A stretch of 47,270 nt of DNA from Paraspadella gotoi (GCA_051294375.1 CM119270.1:21663726-21710995), one strand, 5' to 3'. Counted from the first letter of the stretch, positions 34,958 to 47,270 are shown. A program made the numbers and translations. Notes: a model not told the origin generated them from the sequence alone.

Positions 34958-37789
34958 NNNNNNNNNNNNNNNNNNNNNNNNNAATTAAACATTTTTTTAA
35001 TGACAACTGTTATTATTTTAGTTTTTTAAATATTCAAATTACATATAAAAACCAGTTGGAACATTTTTTATGGCTCGTACTTGTATTTTACAATTTTCCA
35101 TTCATACTACAATTATCAATTACGTAGAATAACAATTTACAACGACATTCGGGTAATGACGGGTTAAACATAAAGCTGAGCAGAGATACGACAATCATTT
35201 AATATTAATTAAATCTCCACAGAAGAAGCCAAAAAATCTTTATCACAATTTTCGAAAACAAACCATTCATAAAATGTATTGATTCATTAAAAAAATAATA
35301 ATTAATTCTAGTCCTCTGACTTGTTTTTTGGTCCACCAAACGACCAAAACAACGGCAGCTGCGAATTAATGTTTAACTTTTCAAAAAGCAACAAAGGAAA
35401 GATGCTTTTTTATATTTTCTTCATTTATTTATTAGTAATGAGTTACTACGTGTTGTCATTTTGTGACGAACTAGAGTTTTCACCAAACGGAGTTTCGACC
35501 TTCAAGGAAACCAAATCGTTGAGACACAATAATTATCGTTATGACAGAGAGAGAGACAGACGACGAGAGAGAGAGAGAGGAGAGAGAGAGAACGAGAGAG
35601 AGACGAGAGGAGACGAGGATTGTGAGAGAAAGAGGTCATAGTTGAATTCACTAGGGGGACCAATCAAGAAAAACTCAAAAGTTTCTCGCCTCTGACGGAA
35701 TAAGAGACATATTTTTTGTCCGAACGACGGCAAATCTGAATGGAGAAGAAAAAGAACAAACAATAACAAAAAAAAAATAAACTAAATCAAAAAAAAAATG
35801 AAAAAAAACAAGATAAGGATAAGATGAAAGATTAGTTTGATGGAAGAATTGAAATATATGTTTTTCTTTAATTGAAAAAAAAAAAGTAAAAAAAAAAAAT
35901 ATTAGAGATTTTAGAAAAAAAAAAGTAAAATTAGAGAGGGAAGGAAAATGATAAAGAAAATATTTTTAAAAAGTGTCCTCCAAAGATCTTTGTTTTCGTC
36001 TTTGGTTATATCTTTTTATGATTTATTTAGATATCAAATTATTAAATTGAGCCATTTAATATAAATATTAATTTAAAAAAATTTAATAAAGATAAATCAG
36101 TAAAATAGGGCGTAGTAGAGAAGGTTCTGTGAATAGGTGGTGGCGAGTGGCGCGAGAGAGGGGAGGAAGTTCGGAGCGGGCGGGCGGTGAAGGTGGGAGG
36201 TAGTTGGAGAGTATAGTTGCCTTGAGTGACGAGCCCTCGACATGACCGTATGAACATTTGAAGGCGGAGAAGTCGAGTCAGGGGGGGTAGGCTGAGTTGG
36301 GAGCCCGCCGGGCGGCCACTATATATTTTTCTTTTTTTGATGTGAAAATCTACCAGATCGTTTTCCAATTTTTTTTCTGTTTTTCTTTTTTTTCGTCTGC
36401 TTTTTTATTTTTGCAGTGGCATTTTTTTTTGCCCGAAAGCCCGTCCCCCTTACCCATCTATATATTGCGTTGGCCGGCTGGTGAGAGAGAGAGAGAGAGA
36501 GAGAGGAGGAAGAGAGGAGAGAGAAGGAGAGAGAAGATGAGAAGACCGGAGAGAGAGGACGGGAGAGAGATGAGAAAGAGGAGAGTCGAGAGAATTTGAC
36601 AGAGCTGTTAGGCGTGCGGGGCCGGTAGGGTCCCTAGAATTATACTCTAAAATGCTTGAGCCGGCCCTGACAGCTGTGCTCGGCTCTGCTGGACTTCAAA
36701 CTAAGGTATATGCTCTCCAGGTCACACTCGGATGGATCCAATAGCCCACTCATTAATTATCCCGACCATATGCTTATCATGAGACGATAAAAGTTATTAA
36801 TTACAACTTGTTTTTGGTTTTTATTTTATGAAAAATTAAAAAAAAGTAAAATTCCGCCGGTGAATAATTAGAGTGATTGATGTGAATAATTTATTTAAGT
36901 ATAATGTGGTGTGCTATTTTTAACATTTATTGTCAGAATTTTGCAAAAAATTATGTTGAAGTCTACTTAACTTTTCACTTTAACTTTGCTTAAGCATCGG
37001 GTACCAGAGATTATACCCTTGTTAGATTTTTTTATATTTCCGTTCGGGTGGTTTCAAGTTTCCTAAAAAAATCGGTGTGCATGCATTGTTTGCTCACCTT
37101 AAAGAAAACGGGATTTGACGTTGAGTACGTAAGGTGAAGAATCGAAACAAATTTACTTTAGTTGATGTGAGTAGAAAGTAGAAGAGTGATATAGATGTTA
37201 AGTAGGGGTTCTACAAGCTGTGTACGAGAGGCGGGAGTTGAAGCAGGGGGTTTTGTTTTTTAATGGAGTGATGTACTTTTACTTGGAGTGATTAATGATT
37301 TGGATGGGATGATAGGAATGGAGAGGGATTTTTATTTAATTCGTGAATTATATTCAATTTGCCGTTGCGCATCGACGTTCTATTGGCGTTTCAAATGCCG
37401 GTTCCAATAGACGCTTTCAATGCCGTTGGTGATCCAATTGCTTTCGGAATACATTTGGTTGAATTAAACAATGTTAAATTTACTTCGGACATTATTTCGG
37501 ACTTCTCTCTCTTTCTTTCTCTCTCTCTCCTCTCTTCTTCTCTCTCTTCTCTCTCTTTTGCAATTGCAGAACGAGGGGGGGGGTCCTTATGGGCGTACAT
37601 TTTGACTTGCTCTGGACTTCTCTCTCTTTTGCAATTTGTCGACGCATCGCATGGGTGCTCATTTTTCTGCTCGTCTTTCTTTCTCTCGTCTCGTCCTCCT
37701 TCTCTCTCTCGTCTCTTCTCTCTGCTCTCTTCTCTCTCTTTCTCTCTCTGCTCTCTCAGATAAATAATAAAGATTTAAGTAATGTAAGC

Positions 37790-39790
37790 TATATGTTTTT
37801 CCATTTAAACTCATTCTCCGACTGGCACAATTGGCGTCAGAAAACTATTTATATCTAGACTTTCTTCACACACTTTCCTACCCGCTCACAAAATTGGACA
37901 TCTCAATCTTATTACTGGCGTTAAAAATAAGTAAAAAGCATTCAAGTAAATGTGACCTCATATTTTTTTCATTTAAACTTCATTTCCACTCGTACGTTTT
38001 CCCCGAACTTTATATCAAGCATCGTTACACATTTTTTCTACCCACCAACAAAAAATTTGTAACTCACTCTATCCATCCAATTCATGATTAATTAGAGTAA
38101 CTTATTGTAAAATAATTAAAATATTTTACGTAAATGCGACTTTATGTTTTTTCCTCTTTAAACTCACAACGATTCCGTCGAAACTTTATATCCAGCTTTA
38201 TCACACACTTTCCTACCCACACAACAAATTTCTTTCCAATCCAACCAGCCAATCACGAGTTATTGGATGCTTTTTGCTAAGGTGGGACGGATGGACTGGA
38301 TTGATTGACTGATTAATTATTATTGATTTAATTTTTAATTAACTAATGATTAATAACTGATTAATTATCTTGATTTATTATACATCCTGCAGTATACATT
38401 TAATATAAAAGGAAAAAGAATCATAAATCAATTAGGTGAAACAGGGTTTTTTGTTTTTTTCCATTTAAACTCATTCCACTTCAAAAGATTCCATCGAAAC
38501 TTGGTTTTCCTGTTCAATCACACACTTTTCTACTTCACATACAAAATTCCAGGTCAATACGATAATTAAGCCTGGTAATGAGCTAACTTGTTCAAACTTG
38601 CGCATAGATTTAATCAACTTTGCATATTTGGTCAACTACTAATTGTGGTTAACTGACATTAATTTGCGTTCAACTGACATTAATTTGGTCAAACTGACAT
38701 GAATTTGGTCATACTGACTTAATTTGGTCAACTGACATAATTTTGGTCAACTGACATAATTTGCATCAATTAAGATAATTTGGTCAAACCGGCATAATTT
38801 GTGGTCAACTTGCATTTAATTTTTTATCAACTTGCCTAATATTGGGTCAAACTAGCAGTGAATTTTGGTCAACTTGCATGAATTTGGTCAACTAGGCAAA
38901 GTGATTGTGGTCAACAGAGGCATGTGAATTTGTTCAACAGGCCATAATTTGCGTCAACTTGCAGAACTTGATCAACTGCAGAATTTGGTCAACTGGAAGA
39001 GAGAGAGGCATAATTTGTGTGAGACATTTAAGAATTTGGTCAACTGGCATATTTTTTGTCCAGAAATTGAGCATAATGTTGGTCCAATCAATCAACAAAT
39101 CAATCTATTCAATTCATGCAAATCAATCAATCAATCAATCAATCAATCAGAGGAGAGAGAGGAAGAGGAAACTTTTAAAAAAATTCAATTAAAATGTGTC
39201 GTTTTGGTGTTATCTGAATTTGAACCTCTTTTCCGCACTCCTACGATTCCATCAAAAAATATTATATCCAGCTTTATCAAAATAAACTTTTCCTGCGGCC
39301 ACACACAAAATTCAATTTTCGACGGGTTCTATCTATCCAATTTTTGAGGATAACATAAGTGTAGAATTATGAGTAAATTCCTAAAGTAAAAACACTGTCA
39401 AGTAGGAAAATATTGACTTTTTGTTTTTTACCAGTTTATAAGGGCTACGATTTCCACTCGCACGATTCCATCGAAACTTTATATCCAAGCCTCAATTCTC
39501 CACACTTCGCCTGGACACATCGATACAAAAATTTGCAAATCAATTGCCACTATCCACTCTATGCAGCAATTGCGTTCAAAATAGTGAAATATATGTTTTT
39601 TGTTTTTCCATTTAAACGAGTATTTTCCACTCGCAACGTTATTCATCCCTCAAAACGTTCGGATAATCTATCTCTCATCACACTGCTTTCCTCGACCCAC
39701 ATCCACAAATAATTTCATACCTGAATTTGCAATCCATCCCAATCACGAGTAATTAGAGTTTTTTGCTAGGTGGGACGGTACGGCCGCAGA
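37790..39790 (+). repeat. ~170-180-bp tandem repeat arrays (37790-38290, 38450-38560, 39195-39770), DINE/Helentron-like
   Basis: Unit TTTTTCCATTTAAACTCAT...CACGATTCCATCGAAACTTTATATCCAGC...ATCACACACTTTCCTACCCAC...ATCCAATCACGAGTAATTAGAGT. Arrays end in TTTTGCTA(A)GGTGGGACGG plus a GGAC-like run at ~38272 and ~39761. Confidence 0.75.
38610..39050. repeat. ~19-20-bp minisatellite (AATTTGGTCAACTGRCAT)
   Basis: About 20 noisy tandem units. Confidence 0.9.
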
Positions 39791-40223
39791 CGGTCGCATC
39801 GAATGAAGACGGTACCGGCTACGAGACGGGGAGAAAAATGATAAGAAAATATTTTTAAAAGGTCAAAGTCTTTGTTTTCGTCTTTGTTATATTTTTTATG
39901 AATATTTTGAATCAATTTTAAATTGTTAGCCATTTAAATAAATAATTAAAAAAATATAAAGATAAATCAGTAAAAACTATAGAAAGTTTCGAATATTCAC
40001 CAAAAAATCACCGCGTAATGTGAATAGATAGATCGATAGTTCTATACAGCCTCACATACCGTATGACACATTGAGGCGAGGCCACTGATATTTTTCTTTT
40101 TTTTGTGTGAAAATCTACACAATCGTTTCAATTTTTTTTCCTGTTTTCTTTTTTTTCGTCGCTTTTTATTTTTGCGGCATTTTTTTGCGAACCGCCCCTT
40201 ACCCATTATAATATTCGTTGCGC

Positions 40224-40311
<88 letters not shown>

Positions 40312-40396
40312 ATCGGGCTTTCAAGATTTTAAGGCTGCGACTTAAGAATTTCAACGACGACAAAAGATCAAAGGCCAAAGAGACGCCTTTTTTGGC

Positions 40397-40397
40397 T

Positions 40398-40434
<37 letters not shown>
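40397..40434. repeat. (GCC)n microsatellite
   Basis: Directly visible. Confidence 0.95.
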
Positions 40435-40435
<1 letters not shown>

Positions 40436-40848
40436 TTCAGTCGACGCGTCTACCGCCAAGAAGAAGCTACGACGACGACGACAACGACGACGACGACAAC
40501 GCCACCTTCGATGAGGGACGTCGGGACCCAAAATATGACAACGACGACGTTAAAGGGACATTTGGGAAATACATATTCATTCCACTTGTGTCTAAATGGA
40601 AGGAGGGAGGAGGAGGAGGAAGAGGAGGAGGAGGGGGAGGAGGAGGAGAAGAAGAGGAGGAGGAGGAAGATCACCGGAATCACCGAAAACAAAGGAAGGA
40701 GGAATTTAATTTGAGAAAAAAAGGATTAGATTAGGTATGTATGTATGTATGTATGTATGTATGTCTGTATAGAAAAGTAAGATAATTTAAAAGGAGAAAA
40801 ACAAAAGTAACATTCCGAGGTCATCAACTGCACAAAAAAAGGAAAAGA

Positions 40849-40936
40849 AAAGTAAATCAAAGTAAAGTAAAGTAAAGTAAAGTAAAGTAAAGTAAAGTAA
40901 AGTAAAGTAAAGTAAAGTAAAGTAAAGTAAAGTAAA
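40849..40936. repeat. (AAAGT)n pentamer repeat
   Basis: Directly visible. Confidence 0.95.
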
Positions 40937-41317
40937 GAAAAGAAAAGAAAAGAAAAAACTTTCGTCAAAAATAATTAAAGGTAAAACGATTCTAATAAAA
41001 AGTTTAAGAAATTAACTGTGGAGGAAAAAATGAAAGAGAGATAATTAAGAGGGAGAGAGAGAGAGAGAAAAGTGAAATCCACTGTGGATGATTTGAGTGA
41101 AAAGAAAATTGAGAAGAACAAAAAGTTATTGACGAATGAGGAAAATAAAAATGGAGGAAAAAAGAAAAAAGAAAAAGAAAAAAGAGAAAAAATTGAAAAA
41201 AGAAAAAAGGAAAAAAGAAGAAAGAAAAAAAGAAAAAGAAAAAAAAGAAAAAAGAAAAATAAAGGAGAAAATTATCAAAAGAATCTTTTTTTTTTGATCG
41301 CGTCAGGTTTTTTTGGC

Positions 41318-41349
<32 letters not shown>

Positions 41350-42135
41350 NNNNNNNNNNNNNNNNNNNNNNNNNNNNNNNNNNNNNNNNNNNNNNNNNNN
41401 NNNNNNNNNNNNNNNNNNNNNNNNNNNNNNNNNNNNNNNNNNNNNNNNNNNNNNNNNNNNNNNNNNNNNNNNNNNNNNNNNNNNNNNNNNNNNNNNNNNN
41501 NNNNNNNNNNNNNNNNNNNNNNNNNNNNNNNNNNNNNNNNNNNNNNNNNNNNNNNNNNNNNNNNNNNNNNNNNNNNNNNNNNNNNNNNNNNNNNNNNNNN
41601 NNNNNNNNNNNNNNNNNNNNNNNNNNNNNNNNNNNNNNNNNNNNNNNNNNNNNNNNNNNNNNNNNNNNNNNNNNNNNNNNNNNNNNNNNNNNNNNNNNNN
41701 NNNNNNNNNNNNNNNNNNNNNNNNNNNNNNNNNNNNNNNNNNNNNNNNNNNNNNNNNNNNNNNNNNNNNNNNNNNNNNNNNNNNNNNNNNNNNNNNNNNN
41801 NNNNNNNNNNNNNNNNNNNNNCTTTCCTCCTTTCTCTCTCCCTCTTTCTCTCACGGCTGACCTTGAGAACGACTGCAAAAAAGTTCCGTCTCATAACTTT
41901 TTTCTTTTCTTTTTTCTTTTCTTTTTTCTTTTCTTTTCTTTTTTCTTTTTTCTTTTCTTTTCTCTTTTCTTTTCTTTTCGCTTTTCTATTCTTTTATTTT
42001 TTAAACCTTATCATTGTTCTTCTTATTTCTCTGCGGTTTAAATTTCATTGATTCTTTAACTTTTTCTTTCTTTTTTTTTCTTTCTTTAGTTCAATATTTG
42101 TTGTATCTTTCTCAGTCTTTTATCTCTTATCTTTT

Positions 42136-42181
42136 ACCAGTCTCTTCGGAGGCGTGGGTTCGAATCCCACTGCTGCCACCA
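42136..42181 (+). pseudogene. 3' half of tRNA-Leu (AAG/TAG family) ending in CCA
   Basis: ACCAGTCTCTTCGGAGGCGTGGGTTCGAATCCCACTGCTGCCA-CCA corresponds to the 3' anticodon stem, long variable arm, T arm, acceptor strand, discriminator A and CCA. The 5' half is absent. Confidence 0.9.
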
Positions 42182-42183
42182 CA

Positions 42184-42521
42184 TTTAAGGAAAAACTCAT
42201 GGGTTTTTGGTGAATACTAAAACGAGATTTTATTCTGAGAATAAAATAGTGACGGTGAGACACGCGCAGGAGTCCAGATCAATTCTACTGAAACTAAGGA
42301 AGCTAGGTCTATTTATATCTAGATAAGAGGATCAGAGGCAAGGGGTATTTTTACAATTCCATTATTTCTGCAAGCTGATTGGTCGATTCCGATTCCGCCT
42401 CAACCAATCATGATTCCAATTCTGCGGGATTCATCCGTGCCTTCGATCCGATTTGCTTTTGGTGAGCTTGATTCTCCTGCGATGTGAGTTTTACCGTTTT
42501 TTTCATCACGCGAATACAACA
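42184..42521 (-). mobile_element. LTR-like promoter block upstream of a tRNA-Leu PBS-like sequence
   Basis: Minus-strand order: TGTTG (42521), CCAAT boxes in both orientations (42410-42375), TATAAAT (42317-42311), AATAAA (~42234-42229), then TGGTGGCAGCAG from 42181. A canonical terminal CA is not evident. Confidence 0.4.
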
Positions 42522-42852
42522 GGTTCACTCCTAACTAAATACAATAAATTCAATATAAAACAAACGGGACGTTGATTAATTAAGAAATAATACACGTAGT
42601 AAAACTTATCAAAATAGGAATACGATCGTCTAAGAACATAAAACTAACTAAGTTTACGACTTACCTTCCTCAAAATTATTTTACATCAACATTCAAAAAT
42701 CAGCAACAAATCATAAAAGAACGAATACAGTAGTCGGGGAACGGTGCAAGTACCATTTACAGGTGGGACGGCATAAAGAGACGCCGCCTTGAAATACCGC
42801 CGGCTCTTTTTTTTTCGGGCGAGTAAGGAGTAAAATTTTATCGCGTTTTTCC

Positions 42853-42933
<81 letters not shown>

Positions 42934-43188
42934 GCGTTTTTTCCTCCGTTACTCAAAATGTCAAAAGTTTTTACGAGTGAATAAAAGAAGAGTATGATGG
43001 TGGAAAGAGGAAAGAGAGAGAGAAGGGGAGAGGGAGAGATAGAAAGAGATAGGGAAAGAAAGAGAAATAAAAAGAGATGTTAGCAAAATTATAAACGTAA
43101 GAGATGAGAAAAAAAGAAAAAACTTAGCGAAAGAATATAAAGATAGAGAGAGAGAGAGAGAGAGAGATGGAGAGAGAGAGGATGAAGA

Positions 43189-43226
<38 letters not shown>

Positions 43227-43924
43227 TCCCGTGACGAAGAATCTTCCGTCGCTAAGCAACGCGAGACTCGTTAAGCGCCTCTGGAAGGAGAAGAAGATTC
43301 GACCAAAACCTTTGGCGGAATTGGGGTGAAGAAAATGGAAGATGACAGAGAAGGGATTAGGGTTGTTTGGAGATGACAGAAGATGGATGAGTGATGACAG
43401 AGGGAGATGGGAGGCGATAGAGTACGGATGGGTGATGACAAAACCAATTGGAAAGTGACAGACGATTAATGAATACTGACAAAAGGACATGGCAAGTGAC
43501 AGAGAATGGATACTAGAATGACAAAGGGAAACGGAAGTAAAGTAAAATGGGTGAAGGATGACAAGAAGAGTAGGGCTGACAGGAAAGGATGAGTGATGAC
43601 AAACGATGACAAATCAAATATGAACGATAATGAATGAAGATGAATGAATGAAAAATGATGAATGAAGATGAATGAATGATGATTGAAGACTGAAGAAGAA
43701 AGCTCGACGAAATTCGTTTCATCTTAAGAATAACAACAACGACAACCAAAGACCCACACAACCCCACAGCCATATTACCAACTGCACCCCTTGCCCACTA
43801 AGCGCTCTACCTCCAGCCACTGCCTAACCACCCCCACGCTTTAACCACCAAACGCCGCTCTTTCTTCTCCCGTCGACGAATTCAAAGTTCATAAACTTTC
43901 GTCACCGGAAACAAACTATGTTTT

Positions 43925-44590
43925 CTCTCCCGCGAATCGTACGCGTAGTCGTCGTCAGTATCGTCGTTCGATCGTCGTCGTCGTTTATCGTCGTCGTCCG
44001 GTTATGTCGTGCGTTAGTCGTTCGTGGTGTTTGTAGTTCGTCGTCCGTCGTCGACAACATCAACGCTGTCGCCTTAGTCACCTGTCGGTCCTTGTGGTCG
44101 TCTTTTCGTCGTTGTTGTGGTGGTCGTCGTCGTCATCATCATTGTGGTCGTCGTCCGTCGTCCATTATCATCCTTGTGGTCGTCATCGTGGTCGTTTGAT
44201 GTGGTCCTGCTCGTCATCGTCGTGTGTCGCGTCGGTCGCTGTTCTCATTTCGATCATGTCATCTTGTGGTCGTTCATGTTCGTCGATCATCTGTGTGGTG
44301 CCGTCGTCTTGTCACTCGTCAATCCTTGTGTTGTCATGTGACGTCTGTATCGTCCGTCAGTCATTGTGCGTTCGATCGTCGCTCATGTCATCTTTGCTGG
44401 TTCCGTCGTTCGTCATGCGTTTGCTGGTCGTTGTCGTATGTTGTGCGTGTCCGTCGTCCACATTGTGGGTCGTCCACGTCATTCGTTTGGTGGGTCTGTC
44501 TGTGGTCGTCCGTCGTCGTCATCGTTTTTGTGGTCCGTCGTCTTCATCGTTGTGGTTCCGTCGTCCGTTCGTCCGTTACGTCCAACATCA
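43925..44590. repeat. Degenerate (GTC/GTG/ATC)n tract
   Basis: Noisy GTCGTC/TCATC/TGTGGTC mosaic. Confidence 0.85.
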
Positions 44591-44974
44591 ACTGTTTTTC
44601 TTCTCGAACAAATAAATATTTTTTTTTTTTTTTTTTTTTCTGAAAAGAATAACAGAGCAAAAAATAATTGCCAGGAATGGTTGCCAATAAATAACTTATT
44701 AACAATAAACGAGAAACAAATAAGGGAAGAATAAAAAAGAATGAAAAAGAAGAGAGATCGGGAGACAAAGTCCCAAGCAACTCCGTCCCACATGAAGATC
44801 GGCAACCAATCACAGGGACCTTCGGGAAGCGAGCAGGTCCCCCGTTCTCCCGAGGCGCTGAAGGCAGACAGAAAGTCCCTCTCAAAAATAGTGCTTAGAC
44901 GTTTTGCGCGATATCTAAGCCTCCATTCGTTGCTTTGGAGTTTTTGGCCGAAAATCTTTTTAAGTTTGAGAAAG

Positions 44975-45365
44975 CATCCAGGTTTCCCATGCCCCGAAGG
45001 TAGGTAACAACCAGAGGGGGATGAAGCCAAACGTCGGCCGGCAGTTTGCTTCCGTACTTAGCAATGGTTTTTGGCCTGGCGAGCTTCGTTCCAGGGCATA
45101 TAGGTGGGGTTGAGATGGTATGCCAAACAGTCCTGGCGAAAGGGGAGAGGTGACCCCAGTAACATCAAAGGTGTGGTGGTCTTGTTTCCGACATCTTTTC
45201 CAACCACGGCATTGTACGATCCAAATTAAGACCTGTTTTTTGTTTTGTTGTTGTTGTTGTTTTTTTGTTGTTGTTGTTTGTTGTTTTGTTGTTGTTTTTG
45301 TTGTTTGTTCTTTGTGACTCCAACCGGTCCCTTGCTGAGAATCAACCAGGTCGACCTTGTTACGT
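44975..45365 (-). mobile_element. Decayed 3' end of a non-LTR retrotransposon ORF (I/Ingi/RTE-type C-terminal CCHC region)
   Basis: Minus-strand translation across a frameshift, a (CAA)n insertion and a stop gives VTRSTWLILSK/xTGWSH ... MPWLEKM...*CYWGHLSPFARTVWHTISTPPICPGTKLAR...YG...PADVWLHPPLVVTYLRGMG. This resembles the R..W..L..LRTG / C..C....T..H....CP / LW..P..V..FL tail of these LINEs. Confidence 0.45.
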
Positions 45366-46535
45366 TGACGAAAAGTAGAATTCTGAGTGAGTGAATTATT
45401 GAGGTTGAGTGAGTGAGTGAGGTGAAGTTGAGTGAGTTAAAGGGAGTGAGTAAGTGAATAAGCGAAGATTGAGGTTTGACCATAAGGAAAGTGAAAACAG
45501 ATGGAGGAACAAAGGAGGAGGAGAGAAAATTCTTTACTCTTTCTTATTATCATTATACTTTAAGTTCTGACTCGGTGGCTGCAGTCACGGTAAGGAACTA
45601 GTATATCTTCTATGTGCGTCCGCGGGTCGTCCTGGGCTTTGAAAACTTATTTACCGCCTGAATCTCTTTGAAAACCGAATGAAGGATTCTGCAAACAACC
45701 TGAATAATAAAGAGTAATGTTGCCCAATGCAAAGTGGGAAAGCTTGCGAATTAAAAAGTATTATTAATATAGAAACGGATAAGATACCTAGACAATGATA
45801 ATAAAAATTAATAATAATAATAATAATTTTTAAAACTATTCTACGTCAAATTAATTGCGTGAATCATAAATCGAAAAATGAAGATAATTTTTCTTTTATT
45901 TCTGAGGAAATAAATCGAGGAGTCTTTTCAACACCGAGCATAAAACGAGAGAGAGAGAGAGAGAGAGAGANNNNNNNNNNNNNNNNNNNNNNNNNNNNNN
46001 NNNNNNNNNNNNNNNNNNNNNNNNNNNNNNNNNNNNNNNNNNNNNNNNNNNNNNNNNNNNNNNNNNNNNNNNNNNNNNNNNNNNNNNNNNNNNNNNNNNN
46101 NNNNNNNNNNNNNNNNNNNNNNNNNNNNNNNNNNNNNNNNNNNNNNNNNNNNNNNNNNNNNNNNNNNNNNNNNNNNNNNNNNNNNNNNNNNNNNNNNNNN
46201 NNNNNNNNNNNNNNNNNNCGCCGACGCCGACAACCCCCGCGCGGCCGGTCGCCATGGAAACGGACGCCACCGCCGGTTTGGACCAAGGAAGGATCATCCT
46301 TCGACCAATCCCGTTAAGCGTTCTCTTTCCCCGCTTGGTCCCCAATGGCATGCCATGCCCTGCTTTAACCGTCCATGTCGCCGCGGATTTGGCTTTTATT
46401 TTGTTATACATTGCGTTGATCACAGTCCTACTTGGCCCTTTTATTCTCTTGTCTTTTTTAATCGATCTTAACTTTCCTTTCAAGTCTCCATTCCTCTCCC
46501 TTTCTTCCCCTCCCTCCCTCTCTCTCTCTCTTCCT

Positions 46536-46683
46536 CCTCTTAATTCCGTTGGGCTTCGTTCCATCATTGTTTTTCCTCTTCCCTCCCACTCCCTCTCTCC
46601 CCCCTCTCTCTCTCTCCCTCTCTCCTCTCTCTCTCTCCCTCTTCCTCTTTACTCCGTTGGGCTTGGTTCCATCATTGTTTTTC
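46536..46683. repeat. Two-copy direct repeat CCTCTT.A.TCCGTTGGGCTT.GTTCCATCATTGTTTTTC
   Basis: Copies at about 46536 and 46644, separated by CT-rich sequence. Confidence 0.85.
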
Positions 46684-46739
46684 AATGCTTTTGTCATTTG
46701 CGGTTCGTCGCGCATTATTTTTGTCCCTCCATTTTTTTT

Positions 46740-46962
46740 CGTCATCGTCGTCGTCGTCATCGTCGTCGTCGTTATCGTCGTCGTCGTTATCGTCGTCATC
46801 GTCATCGTTTTCGTCGTCGTCGTCATCGTCGCCATAATCGTCGTTGTCATCGTCATTATCGTCGTCGTTTTGGTCATCGTCGTCGTCATCGTCGTCATTC
46901 TCATCGCCTTCATCGTCATCATCGTCATCATCATCGTCGTCGTCGTCCTGTTATCATCATCA
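46740..46962. repeat. (CGT/CAT)n microsatellite
   Basis: Directly visible. Confidence 0.9.
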
Positions 46963-47270
46963 TTGTTTCCCTTCCCCGATTTTTGCATAACGTGATCCAC
47001 CGAGTGACAGAAGAGACAATGAGTCAGATCCTCCTCCTCCCTAAACAATGACGGCGAATATCGCGGCGAAAAATTACGACGAAGAAGACGAAAACATAAA
47101 GGATGAAAAAGCGAAAGTCAAGGGCGATATAAATAATTTCGTGACCAAATATGACATAAAAATAAAAAAATAATGTTTTAAAAAAATTACGAACAATGAC
47201 GATTATGATAAAGTGTACGTACATTGTACGTCGTACGTCGTCGTACAATCTCGAGGAGGGTCGCATAAGT

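Larger units (their letters stand above)
35935..40230. repeat. Dispersed direct duplication (about 35935-36490 vs 39830-40230) enclosing noisy repeats
   Basis: Shared anchors GAAAATATTTTTAAAA, TTTGTTTTCGTCTTTG, AAAGATAAATCAGTAAAA, TGTGAAAATCTAC, CCCCTTACCCAT and GCTGGTGAGAGAG occur in the same order, diverged mainly by indels. Confidence 0.75.

Noticed and set aside
37359-37763. 134-aa ORF with a unique N-terminal part
   Set aside because: No recognisable motif, half is (CT)n-derived, and it lies in a region suspected to be low-quality gap fill.
45068-45140. Minus-frame DCLAYHLNPTYMPWNEARQAKNHC, C-type-lectin-like
   Set aside because: Ends in a stop immediately, and the overlapping frame gives a more extended LINE-like match.

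Overview
Microsatellite-saturated draft assembly of a eukaryotic, most likely invertebrate animal, genome. It contains (AG)n, (GAC)n, (CAT)n, (AAAG)n and (AAT)n tracts, minisatellites, N-gaps that mostly abut (AG)n/(GAC)n runs, and several noisy stretches that look like uncorrected long-read gap fill. Almost all ORFs in the supplied track are low-complexity artefacts. The one well-supported gene is on the minus strand at about 12024-13340. It is a secreted peptide (neuropeptide-type) precursor with a non-coding first exon, a CAAAATG start, a signal peptide and two tandem copies of an amidated peptide, DL(D/Y)ETELS(A/T)PEPLSGI-GK(R/K). The second copy is out of frame across a GA-rich microsatellite linker yet differs mostly at synonymous sites. 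I do not recognise the peptide family. Other supportable items: a tRNA-headed SINE containing a degenerate twister-ribozyme-like fold (2977-3213), a 624-bp foldback element with an 8-bp TSD (25246-25869), a CCA-tailed 3' half of tRNA-Leu next to an LTR-like promoter block (42136-42521), a decayed non-LTR retrotransposon 3' end (about 44975-45365), Helentron/DINE-like ends, and local duplications.
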